Positions 1 to 11,312 of a stretch of 64,000 nucleotides of DNA are shown piece after piece. Source of the stretch: Tetramitus jugosus (lineage: Eukaryota; Protista; Heterolobosea); NCBI GenBank assembly GCA_937625935.1, contig OW569380.1, forward strand, positions 124,001 to 188,000, given 5' to 3'. A model generated the notes under the pieces. It did no database searches, was not told where the DNA came from, and worked only from the letters and a program-made list of their open reading frames with translations. Each line of letters begins with the position of its first letter. The stretch's first letter is position 1. A program made the translations under genes and the position numbers.

Positions 1-301
1 ATAAATCAATAAATTCATCAAGAACGAATATTATGAAAAGTGTTTAATCCCTTTACAAAATTTTTTTTGAGGTTTTGGCGCTTTGAATTGAGACGAAGCT
101 CAATAGTTTTATGTACAAACTGCTTGTTTAACAGGTCGGGAGTAATAACTTTTCATAATATCTGAACCCTCAGAGAACGGTATGTTTTCAAGGATCGCGG
201 GAAGTTTAGGAATTCGAAGTGATGCAGAAAAACAAATCTAGTTAATATTTGTCAGTGATTTGAATTGACTTTGTTAAACACTTGTCAAGATGTCCAAAAA
301 A

Positions 302-553
302 TCAATTATTCTTTCGGAACTTATCAGCAGTCTTGCAGGGACATTTTTTGATTTTGCAACTCGATTCACATGTACATGCTCCAGCTGTTCCATTCTGAGA
401 CCCAGATGACCCAGATCTGTCAGATTGTGTAGATTTCCTTTTCTTGGTACTCGGTAGAATTCTGCCAATTGAGTTGAAGGCCTCTTTGCAGCTGCAGTGG
501 ACGTGATTCGGTTCTGTCTCTTTGCAGTTTTTAAAACACACATGAGTGTCCAT
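302..553 (-). pseudogene. Cys-rich (CXC-like) C-terminal fragment, possibly from a DDE integrase/transposase
   Basis: HCSC and CTCESSCKIKKCPCK motifs resemble the CxC-x3-C-x4-CxC tails of Ginger/SCAND3-like integrases. No catalytic core is present here. Confidence 0.3.
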
Positions 554-575
554 CACACACCAAAAAAACGAAAGT

Positions 576-660
576 AGGACATAGTGTGAATCGAACACAC
601 GACCATAGGATGATGTTGCATTATTTGCAATCCCATGCTCTACCGCTGAGCTATATGTCC
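576..660 (-). tRNA. tRNA-Cys(GCA) with 13-nt canonical intron
   Basis: Minus strand GGACATA TA GCTC AGCGGTA GAGC A TGGGA TTGCAA [ATAATGCAACATC] A TCCTA TGGTC GTGTG TTCGATT CACAC TATGTCC T. The intron follows position 37. A T7 Pol III terminator lies at 562-568. Confidence 0.93.
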
Positions 661-725
661 CTGTGCGATCTCAAACCAATAGCAATCCCTGAAAAAACGC
701 GGACAAGTACAAAAAACACGAACAC

Positions 726-1730
726 ATGTCAACACAAGGACCGTCAGCACAGGCGGTAATGATCCGCAGAAGTCAATATGTAGTATGGACAAAGATGAGT
801 AAAGAAGCAGCAATGAAGAGAAATGAAGCAGTTGTCACTGGTAAGTGCAACAATGTGACCCCAGAAGCGATAGTTAATAAGATAGTAGCTAGTTGTTCTG
901 AGTGGGTAGAGAGGGTTCAAGTGATTAGAAGAGGAGAGAGTTACAAGGCGTGGATAATCAGAGGTGACAAAGTGTGGGAATTCATTCAATGGTTTAACTG
1001 CACAAAAGTGTTGAAGGATTCCACGGCGGGGGTCAATGGTAGGATGAGAGCCACACATGACGTCGTCATTACTGGAACTGGAAAGATAAGCAAGGAGGAC
1101 ATTGAGACCTGGGCTGGTCGGGATAATGTACACAGAGTTGAATTGAGAGGAAACTCTGCCATTGTATCCACCAAAAATCCTAGATGTGCAAATACACTTC
1201 TGGAAAAGACACCCATCAACAACACCAAGACAAGAAAATTCGTGCACAAAGCTCTTGGGCCTATGGAGATACTGAAGAGAACTGTGACTCAACTACAGTC
1301 TGATATGAACAAAATGTTGGATGAATACAGAATTAGTGTGGAGCAAATCCGAACTCTTAAGTCAGAATTAATGAAGATGAGACTCAGAGTGAGTAAAATG
1401 GACGGAGCTTACAAGAGAGCTGAATTGGAAGCAACAACACCAAATGTGTTAGTGGAGGAACCACATGAGACAGTGCAAGCGATGGAGGAAACAGTAAACG
1501 CCCCTGTGGCACAGATCAAAAACAGAGGAAAACAATCATTCGATAAGGGACAGAGGAGATTGGATGACTTTGTCAACAACAGAGGTAAGAAGCGAGATGC
1601 CAGAGAAGTGGAGGAAGATGAGATACAAAGAAAGATAATAATGAGAAATTCTCCTGGTGGAACAATTCAAGTGAGCAGCACTCAAGAGAGTGCGGTGTCA
1701 CCCCAAGAGAATGACCAAAGTGAGCAATGA
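726..1730 (+). CDS. Retrotransposon ORF1 protein (334 aa; putative RRM-like repeats plus coiled coil)
   Basis: Intact ORF directly before APE-RT ORF2. Homologous to ORFs at 8768-9259 and 47478-48722 (YxVWT...VVxTG...RVQVI...AW motifs). Heptad region LKRTVTQLQSDMNKMLDEY. Confidence 0.85.
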   Translation: MSTQGPSAQAVMIRRSQYVVWTKMSKEAAMKRNEAVVTGKCNNVTPEAIVNKIVASCSEWVERVQVIRRGESYKAWIIRGDKVWEFIQWFNCTKVLKDSTAGVNGRMRATHDVVITGTGKISKEDIETWAGRDNVHRVELRGNSAIVSTKNPRCANTLLEKTPINNTKTRKFVHKALGPMEILKRTVTQLQSDMNKMLDEYRISVEQIRTLKSELMKMRLRVSKMDGAYKRAELEATTPNVLVEEPHETVQAMEETVNAPVAQIKNRGKQSFDKGQRRLDDFVNNRGKKRDAREVEEDEIQRKIIMRNSPGGTIQVSSTQESAVSPQENDQSEQ

Positions 1731-4285
1731 GCACAACTCTCAAAGTTGTATGGTACAACATCAGAGGATTAGGAAGGAAACGGAATGATGTTGTTGCCAT
1801 GATGAGTCGGTCCCTAGGATCGATGTTTTGATGCTGCAAGAGGCTAGTTGCAAGAACGAGAAGGTCAAGTTGGCTTTCGAAAAGCAGTTGGAGTATGCTG
1901 GGTGTGCGTTGATACACACCAACGCAGTTGACAGGGTGATGAGTATTATCAGAAGAGATAGTATACATGAGTACCGAACGCTGGTGACGAACAATAGATT
2001 TCTGGCAGTAGAGGTTGCAAAGGGAGATCTGCGAGTCACGCTGGTCAACCACTATGGACCTCACAAAAAAGAAGAAGGAGGGCAACACTATGTGAGGGTC
2101 AACGAGCAACTGAGGGAGCTCTCATGTAGGGGTAAATTGTTGTTTGGAGGGGATCACAATACAGTGCTTGCTAGCACTGAAAGAACTTCTGGAAGGCTAG
2201 ACGTCAATAGTGCGCATTTCAAGGCTCTAGTGGAGGGCCTCCAATTGAGCAATGTAAACACGGTGACAGATAGGCCATTTCCACACTTTCTTCAGAGGCG
2301 AGTTTTCTTCACGCATTGACACGGTCTGGTGCAATCCATCTGCAACTGAAATAGTTAGAGATGTGGAGAGGTACACGGCTAATGGAGTAGGGAGCGATCA
2401 CATACCTACTATGGTAGAGGTCTGTTGGACAAAAACGGATGAACAAGAGCCTACAGAGGCGAAAACAAAGTTCCCAAAGAGGGATAACAAGATGTGGGTG
2501 GAGTACTCTAAGGAGGTGGTAGGAAAACTCGATAGGGCCAACCTCTCGGGACTGGAGGCAGAGGAACAATGCAGCAAGATCACTATGATCTTAAAGGAGT
2601 GTGTGGAGATGTTCCCGAAAAGAAAACCAATTACCAAAGGGGTTGATAATCGTAGAGTTAGGCGCTGGTTGAAGGACAGAAAGGTGTTAGTGGAGAGACT
2701 CTCCTCTCAGGATACTGGAGATCAGAAGCTAAGGAGTGTTTGCCAAGCCTACAATGAGGACAGTACTTTGATAGGAGTGATAAAGACACTGAAAGTGGTT
2801 GAGAGGTTGATACAGTTGGAAAGAGCCCGCCGGGCCAACAAGAGATTCAACAAATGGCTGTACAAAGCCAGAACGTCTGAATTTGTTGACCCTCGCTTCT
2901 TCTTCAATGCCGCTACAGGCAAGAAGGCGATGAGACTAAGGTTCAAGTGCTACAAAAGTGGGGAAAAGGTGGTCACGGAACCGGAGAAAGTGGCGGAAGG
3001 AACATGCTGCTAACTATTTTGAAGAGGTTTTCGAGCAGGACTTTGCGAACATGACCTTCCTTGATGAGATGAGATGTAGAACTGAAAGTATGGAAGACAA
3101 ATTTCCTCCTTTCAAGGTTGAGGAGGTTCAACAATCCCTAAAGTGGCTGCAAAATAACAAAGCACCGGGAGTTGATGGAATTTTCAATGAAATGCTGAAG
3201 TTAAGACACACCAAAGAGAGAGACTACAGGTTTGAGCTCGCTGAAACATTAATGGTATTCTTCAACAAAATACTGGAGACGGGGCAATTCCCAAGTGAGT
3301 GGAAGAGATGCATTATCGTTCCAGCATACAAGAAGGGCTGCCCTATGTTGATAGCGAACTTCCGACCTATTTGCCTGTTGAGCGGACTGTCAAAGGTGTT
3401 CACACGGTTGCTGAATCAAAGAGTGTCAGCTGCTGCCGAGATAATGGGTGTCTTTAACAACGCACAAGGCGGAGGCCGCAAAATGCGAGACATAAGAGAG
3501 AAACTGTCGATCATCAGAGGAGTGATCGACCACGCAAATAGGAAGGATAAACAGCTATATCTTCTGCTCACGGATATCTCGAAGGCTTTTGATAGCGTAC
3601 CACATAATGCCGTCACGGCTGCCTATCGGTTTTTCAACTTCCCAGAGCACATCATCATACTTGTCAGGAACATGTTGGAGTCGAATGTGGCAACCATCGG
3701 AACACAACGTGCCTCCAGACCAATCGATATCAACAGGGGTACAAGGCAAGGTGATTCTTTGTCTCCGACGACCTATGTGATTGTTCATCAGTTAGTGCTG
3801 CTGTATGCAAAACTCAGAGCAAGCGGCTACCAAGCTATGAGCCAGAAAATCTGGAACGTGGCTTACGTAGACGACTGTAACCTGTTCAGTGATAAGCTAG
3901 ATGATTTACAGACGATGGCCAATGATATGTACAGAGCACTCAAGTGGATAGGACTTAGCATGCACCTGGATAAGCTGGAGTTCTTCGCTAGGAAAGAGGA
4001 CAAGGATCCGGTGACGATCAGAGTAGCTAACAGAGTAATCACTGCAAAGAACAGACACGCCGGTTTCAGAGCTCTTGGCCTCTTCACAAACCTCAATGGA
4101 GACAGAGGCTCAGAAGAAACAAGCAAAGCAGAAAGTAATGAGAATATTGAATCGGCTGAGGATGCTGAGATTGGGACCTAGTCAAGCAGCTAGAATTGTG
4201 AACACTTGTGTGCATCCTGTATTTCTGTTCGCCTCGGAGTTCACCCACTGGCCTAAGAAGTGGATGAACGAGATAGAAGGTATTG
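1727..4285 (+). pseudogene. Retrotransposon ORF2 (APE endonuclease + reverse transcriptase), frameshifted
   Basis: ATG overlaps the ORF1 stop (ATGA). APE motifs LKVVWYNIRGL, LQE, GGDHN, GSDHIP. RT motifs KAPGVDG, FRPICLL, DISKAFDSV, QGDSLSP, YVDD. Several frameshifts. Confidence 0.92.
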
Positions 4286-5455
4286 CAGATACATCACATG
4301 GATCAGAAGATACTTGTGTACTATCAGTGACATCATTCATTTCAGCATCTCCAGATTCATCAACAGGAGCAGGTGGTCCACCTATCTCATCATCACCTGC
4401 ATCTTTCGGCATTACCATTACCATCTGGATTAAACTCAGTCATCATCACTGTCTGTTGGATCACTTCCATCCTCTGCATCAGCCTTCCATCGAGCACTCT
4501 CAACGAATTTATCATTTCCAAAGTAGAAGTGCTTCAGATCTCTGGCACAGACATAGTAATCTGTTGTAGTCTTTGGTTGTTCACTCTTCTTGAAGCCACC
4601 AGTTTCCAACCATTGCAGTTTGTACTTGTTTATACCTATTCCATCCTTGTCGGTAGCTTCGCTGACAATCATTTCCTTCCGACACCACAAGTAATCACGA
4701 GATGAGCGATCGTACTCTCACTAGAACAATATCTCTCTGCTCATAGTGATCCACACAATTTGGATGCTTCTTCAGATAACGAGATCTGGCAGCTTCTCCA
4801 GCTTTATCATTCTCACGTATTGTGTTGATACAGAAAGCTCTCTGAACCAATTCATCAGAAGTCAATGCTTGCAGATCTAGAACTAGGCACTTAGCCCAAG
4901 CTTCCTTTGGACTCATCCCAATGGTACTGTGTTTGTTCTCCAGATATGTGTTCAAGATATTTGGTAACTCGTTCACCCATCTACTGGTGTTATGAGCTTC
5001 CATGAAGGCAAAGATCACTTCTTGATAGTCTGATTCAGACGTTCAACTACACCCTGCACCCATGGTGAATACGCAGGTCCTTCTTTCTTCTTAATACCAT
5101 ACTTGGCACACGTCTGTAAGATCACCTTTGCAATGAACTCACCACTATTATCTGAACGTAGATACACTTCATGTAATGGTTCTTGACCATCTTCTACTTC
5201 TGGCAATCCAATAGAATCAAAGCCAGAAGTAGAAGATGGTCAAGAACCAGTGGATCATACTTAGAGTTGATCCCTCTCAGTTCCTCAATATCTTCTACTG
5301 ATACTCCTTCATTGAGTTCACATGCTTCTTCTGATAGTTTTCTATACAGATTCCCATCTCGATAGGTATAGATACTTCTTTCATTATCAGATAGCTCAGC
5401 CTGTTTACCATTCACGAATGCAGTTTTCACTCTATTTGCTGTTGTATCTTTGATA
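4286..5455 (-). pseudogene. Disrupted rve-type DDE integrase (Ginger/SCAND3-like DNA transposon or LTR-derived)
   Basis: YLRSDNSGEF...GPAYSPWVQGVVERLNQTIKK / WVNELPNILNTY...HSTIGMSP is the integrase core with a frameshift. The N-terminal catalytic Asp region appears to be deleted. Confidence 0.8.
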
Positions 5456-5597
5456 GGGCGAATACATGACCGGATGACGTGATGATGTTGTTTCTTTTGT
5501 TGTTGAAACGGTTTCTGTTGGCGGGAAAAGGGCGGCATGTAGAAATGACAGAATGCAATGGATACATGATGGAGAAAAGTACACAGCCAATCACATA

Positions 5598-7823
5598 TCA
5601 CATACCTACGATGGTAAAGGTATGGTGGACAAAGGTGGAGGAACGAGGGTCCACGGAAGAAAAGCCCAAGTTCCCAAAGAGGGAAAACAAGATGTGGATA
5701 GAGTACTCAAATGAGGTGGTTGAAGGGCTAGATAAAACCAACATGGCGGAAATGGATGTTGATGAACAATGTGACCGGATCACTATGATCTTAAAGGATA
5801 CAACCGCAGAGTAAGACGTTGGCTGAAGAATAGAATGGTTTTAGTAGAAAACACCGGCTCACCGAAGCTCATGAGGGTTTGCAATGCATAAAAGGAGGAC
5901 TGTACTCTGAGAGGTATTTTGGCATCACTGAAGATTGTCGTTGGACTTGTACAAGTTGAAAGAGCCCGTAGGGCTAACAAGAGGTTTTCCAAGTGGTTGT
6001 ACCACACCAGAACTACAGAATTCCTAGACCCCCGATTCTTCTTCAATGCTGCCACAGGTAAGAAGGCACTGAGGCTAAGATTCAAGAGTTACAAGAGTGG
6101 AGAAAAGGTAATCACTGCCCCGGAAAAGGTAGTTGAGCATGCTGCTGATTACTTTGAGGAGGTGTTTGAACAAGAATTTGCAGACATGACGTTCCTAGAC
6201 GAGATGAGAGTATGGAGGATATATTTCCCCGTTCAAGGTGGAGGAGGTACTGCAATCCTTAAAGTGGCTGCTAAACGGTAAGGCACCGGGAGTCGACAAG
6301 ATAGTCAATGAAATGCTCAAATTGAGACACACCAAGGAAAGAGACTATAGAGTTGAGTTCGCAGATGTGCTGATGACTTTCTTCAATAGAATATTAGAGA
6401 CCGGGCAATTCCCGTGTGAAGTGTTGCTGCATGCAAAGCTAAGAGCAAGCGGCTACCAAGCCATGAGCCAGAGAATCTGGAACGTAGCTTACGCAGATGA
6501 CTGTAACCTTTTCAGTGATGATCTCCAGGACATCCAGTCGACGGCTAATGATATGTACAGGGCGCTCAAGTGGGTTGGTCTGAGTATGCACCCAGACAAG
6601 TTGGAGGTCTTTGCAAGGAAAGTGGGTGAAGCTCCTGTGACGATCAGAGTGGCTGATAAGGTGATTACTGCAAAGGACAAACACACAGGCTTTAGAGCAC
6701 TTGGGCTCTTTACAAACCTCAATGGGGACACAGAGGCCCAGAAGAAACAAGCAAAGCTGAAGGTACTGAGAATCCTGAATCGGTTGAGGATGCTGGGACC
6801 AAGTCAGGCAGCGATAATAGTGAACACCTGCATCCATCCTGTATCCTTGTTTGCTTCAGAGTATACCCATTGGCCAAAGAAATGGCTAAACGAAATCGAG
6901 GGTATTGGACGCAAGGAAGTGAAATATGGATCGAAGAGGGATTCCCTCTTTGCTGCTGTCAGTGGAGAGGGACAAAGGAGGTATTGGACTCAATGATTTC
7001 AAAGAGAGTCAGACGGCTAAGATCTCTGCCTTTGTCGTGGGGATGCTGCATGTAAGAGAGACACGGACACTTCTGTTGGATACGCTTGATGATGTCAATC
7101 ATTCGGTCGAGCATATTTCAATCCAATAATCGTCTTCGTGAGACCAAACACTCATACCTGTCTTGGTGCCAAACTTCTACATGGTTCTAAGGTTAAAGTA
7201 GGTCCCAAAAGGAGATCATGAATGTGAGAAATGCAGTATAGAGTGGCATCTCCCTACGGGAGGCGCAAAACTACTCATTCAAAGTGGAATTACCAAAAAC
7301 TCCCCACTCTTCGATGAGGATGGAAAATGGTAATCCCGTTAAAGGTACTCAAGGATAAGTGCTTACCTGGAAATTCTTGGTAAACCATGCGAAGAGAGAT
7401 GGAGGGAGCTGCGAACACCGAATGACACTCAGGAAGTGTATTGACACACACATGCGCGGGTGCGCCAGAGACGATCAGCCACTTATTGGTGGAATGTGAT
7501 AAGCCAAAAGGGTAAGGAAAGAACTGGTGGAGGAATTTAAAGCCAAATTGGACAAGCTGGAGTTTATGAGACCAGCCAAGCTAAAGATATGGTTCGATGA
7601 AGTGGTTTACGATGACGGGAAATTGGTACCACTAAGCCCAAGCCGAACCACTGAAGAAATCATAGCAAGGTTAATGGGAAAAGAGGATGATCAGAAGGAT
7701 ATATTGATGAAGGAGCTGGTTGTGTATGGTCGCAAGAAGAGGGAAATAAAGGTTAAAAGTCTGGTGAATGCAATGAAGAGGTGCATGGTTACAGTCCTGG
7801 AGATCATCGCTGAAAAGGCGTAA
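5598..7823 (+). mobile_element. Second, decayed subfamily-1 retrotransposon ORF2 (APE end to C-terminus) with internal deletions
   Basis: Paralogous to 2400-4285 (HIPTMV, DPRFFFNAATGKKA, YADD). RT segments are deleted in frame (GQFPCE|VLLHAKL). C-terminal IWFDEV motif. Confidence 0.88.
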
Positions 7824-8240
7824 GAGCAAGCGGCTACCAAGCCAGATCATCTGGAACGATCACATAAGTCATGGGAGACAAGGAGTCTCCTTGGCTCGTG
7901 CCTCTGTTGATATCAATCGACCGAGAGAGATGTGTTTTGTTCCGACTGTTGCCACATTCGATTCCAACATGTTCCTGATGATACCCTCGCATCCATTGTC
8001 ACGTCCAGCCCATCTTAAAATCTCCTCACACTGGACTTACCTGCTCCCACCAGCACCACATCATACGGCTGTTCGGAACAGCTCGCGCACCATTCAACAT
8101 ATTTCTGCAGTTGAACCACTCAACAAATTCCCACACTTTGTCATTCGTTGGGAATATCCACGCTCTAAAATACTCACCCTTTCTGTTCACTTGCATTCTC
8201 TCCACTCTTTCACTACAACCAAAGCTTCATTGTTTTGGGC
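7824..8240 (-). mobile_element. Scrambled subfamily-1 retrotransposon debris (ORF1 and RT pieces)
   Basis: The minus strand encodes pieces like DKVWEFVEWFNC (ORF1) and RNMLESNVATVG...QGDSLSP (RT). A short plus-strand RT piece lies at 7822-7858. Confidence 0.7.
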
Positions 8241-9281
8241 CTTGTAGCTCATCAGATCACCCAGTGTGATCCTAGCACTCCTCTTCTTGTTGTCATTGAG
8301 TTGTGGACTTTGAATCTCCTTTTCGGAGTCGTAGTCCACATCCACAATGACTGGTTCGTCCTCAGTCAAACCATACCTTTTGCGTGCAGCAGCCAGCGCC
8401 ATTGCAGCAATTTCCTTTTTCACCCTGGCGAACACTGGAGAAGTGGCATTCACTTGCTCCAGAATTCGCCGGTTCTCCGCACTGAGCTGCACAACAGGCA
8501 CTGATGGCAGTGGTGTTGCTATAGTCCTCTGTTCTTGTGACTTCACTAGCTCAGTAGCAGTGCTTTGGACATGTTCTTGTTCCGGTATTGGAACCGGTTT
8601 GTTGCCCCCTTGACCCTTTGTCTTTCCCAATTCCTTGGTGAGTTCTGTGACATGTCGACGCAGTCCGTCAACCACCGTAAGCAGCTCCTCGTACATCTTT
8701 GTCAACCTCTTGTTGACAGTCTTGAGAGGATCATGTGGTCTCTCGACGTATCGAGTGACCGTGGCCTTTACCTTGTTCTCTCCACTGAGCACTGCTCGTG
8801 CATAGGTTTCATCACCCATGACCACGAATGCAGTGTCACGCTTCTTGAGCGCACTGGCAACCTTCTCAGGCCCCAGTAGCTTCTTGATGTCGACATGTTC
8901 TTCATGCCATGGACGACCACCTTTCTTGTGCAATCGATACTGCGCTTGGGTGCAGCAGTGCTGTTGCCAGTCCTCTCTTTGTTGAAGAACTCAACAAACT
9001 CATAGATGCGGTCACCCTTGACCGTCACCCATGCAACAAAGCGTTGCTGGCCTTTCCTCTTGATGACTTGGACTCGGTTGAGCCAGTCACCAAACTCCTC
9101 TCCTATCTTTCTTGCCCAAGATGACTGAGAGACACAATTACCGTTGCCAGTAATGACGACCTCTCTGTCACTTGGCGCAGAGCCTTTCCGTGCAGTGGTC
9201 CACACTGCATAACGGCTGTTGCCGTATTCCTTCACCAATTTTGTTGAATCACCAGACATGTGATTCCGTTTGCTTCTGCGT
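8241..9281 (-). mobile_element. Subfamily-2 retrotransposon ORF1 (one frameshift near 8900), upstream of the tRNA-Lys pseudogene
   Basis: ORFs 8768-9259 and 8187-8933 together align with the intact ORF1 at 47478-48722 (EYGNSRYAVWTT, KKRDTAFVVM, QSPQLNDNKKRSARITLGD). Confidence 0.85.
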
Positions 9282-9337
9282 TTTTTGTTTTTTGCTTTAC
9301 TAATTCGGATAATTTGGGAGGGAATGATTATCCAAGC

Positions 9338-9398
9338 CAGTCGGTAGAGCGCAAGGCTCTTAACCTTGTGGTCGAGGGTTCGAGCCCCTCGGTGGGCG
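9338..9398 (+). pseudogene. tRNA-Lys(CTT) pseudogene lacking the 5' acceptor strand
   Basis: CAGTCGGTAGAGC G CAAGG CTCTTAA CCTTG TGGTC GAGGG TTCGAGC CCCTC GGTGGGC G. The GCCCACC partner strand is absent upstream. Confidence 0.85.
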
Positions 9399-9949
9399 TG
9401 TCCTTTTGCCTAATATGACGGATTTTTTTTATTACAATGTATTTACAATAAACACACTATAAAATACAATCAAAAATCAAAAGAAAGAGAACATCTTGTC
9501 ACCATATTGCTGAGCATTGCTCTGGCGACATGGTCGACGACAATTCTGTCTCGCTCATTCATCAGAGCAACTTCTATTCGAATGCACCTTCTCATCCTCC
9601 TTTAGAGCCCTACACCAATTATACTTACCAATGAACCTTTGCCAGGTCTTCAATTCAACGCTCTCCTGCGTCAAAATCAGTTTGATCATCAAATGAAACA
9701 TGAAACATAACATAATCTCGCGCTTCTTAAGCCTTTTATATACCACTTATTTGAACTTTGATCATTACAATATCTAGCGAATCAAATAATAAAGAAGTGA
9801 AGATAAAAGAGAAGTCAATGTTTGACCAATATTTTCGATTCGCCAGATTCTATCAACATAGATCTTGTTGATTTCTGAGTTGTTTTTCTATCAATTTGAC
9901 CTTTTTTAGGAAAAATAGTTTTTTATGGGCGGGATTTTGTGTTTGGATT

Positions 9950-10640
9950 TTTTTTTTCAGGGGGATTTTTTTGCGCTTGTTGTAAAGCGCTGCTCCTTCA
10001 CTCTGGCAGGCATTTAACAACAAGAACAACAAACAGAAACATGACAGAATCGACAGATATTGCTAGCTCATAAACTCCAGGTCGGGAGAAACTGACCACA
10101 TCATCGTGTTAGTTAGTTATTTCCTCCAAGAAGTTTCATTGTAGGTCGATTTTGACCCTCCATGCAGATATGGGAGCATTTTTAAATGATATGTATGATT
10201 GTATATGCACTCTTGGTATGTATGTCGGATAAAATGAAATCGAATTGCTTTCAAGTGGTATCCTTATTGGTCTATTGAGTTAACAGCTCAAAATCGCTTT
10301 TATTTCAGTTATTTATGTGTCATTTGATTCAACATGCATGGACTTCTCTAAAATGTTGATAAAGGACATGAATTCCTTTTTTCTTTGGGTATCATTTTCC
10401 TTTGGGAACATAAAATTCCGACAAGGATTTAATCGATAAGAGAGTTTTTTTTCAATTTCTTGAGGTACCCCTAGATATTACTCATCGAGTAGAACATTGA
10501 ATATAGTAATTTGACCTTTGAGTCTTGTGTCCCTTTCGTAGGTAACCCAGTTTAGATTTTCCCCATCTCGGCCGGTGTTCTATGGATTTTTTACAAGAGG
10601 GATTTTTGGCGCTGTTGTAAGCGTTGTTCATCTGGCAGAT
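9950..10640. repeat. Imperfect ~60-bp direct repeat (about 9950-10012 and 10585-10640)
   Basis: gggattttttgcgcttgttgtaaagcgctg...tctggcag versus gggatttttggcgctgttgtaagcgttg...tctggcag. Confidence 0.5.
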
Positions 10641-11312
10641 CATCCATTGTCGCAAAATTGGGAATGGTCTCTTTTGATCAACGATATATGTGTTTATTGT
10701 CCTTGCTGAACAGATAATGCGAACACGCTTTTAAGTAACAGTATATTTATTCTTCTTCGTCGCTTCTTGCAGGTTCCGCGTCGTCCTTTATGTTTGAACA
10801 TATCTATCTTGTGGAGGAAGGAGGTATCCTAAAGGGTGGGTTTGGGTTTGGTGTTACTGGGTTATTACGAATAGTCCTTGTGTTATACATGTTCTGTTGG
10901 TGTTGTATTTTTTTCTATTTCAATTGTGCAATTGAATTCTGTTGTCAAACTGTTCGAAAATCATTTATATCAAAGACTAGGGATCTGGTTTTGAATGATC
11001 GCTCTTACCATACTCAGAGATGAATATGCAAGTGGATCTAAAGCGCATCTGTGTGTCTAATCTGATATCTGAATGATTTGTAGCTTCTTGTGTGAGAGCA
11101 CTGTGCTGTTGGTTGACGATTGTGTTGCTCGTGTGCAATGCAACTCACAACACGACCCTCTTCATCCTGCAGTATCACAACAAGATGAAGGTGGTGGTGA
11201 TGGGGTGATTTCACATGGTTTGTTGTATGTGGTAGGTTACAAACTCTTTTCCGTTAGTCAACCTTGCTCCTGTATAGGTTATGAATATCTCAGTCCTTGA
11301 CAGCAGAATGTT

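Larger units (their letters stand above)
705..4285 (+). mobile_element. Non-LTR retrotransposon (APE-RT, L1/Tx1-like), subfamily 1, 5'-complete and 3'-interrupted, upstream of tRNA-Cys
   Basis: ORF1 followed by APE and RT. It is interrupted at ...EIEGI (~4285) by integrase-derived DNA. The 5' boundary is approximate. Confidence 0.9.

Noticed and set aside
9420-11300. Short ORFs as host genes
   Set aside because: AT-rich, no recognisable motifs, many non-ATG starts. Probably decayed TE or intergenic DNA.
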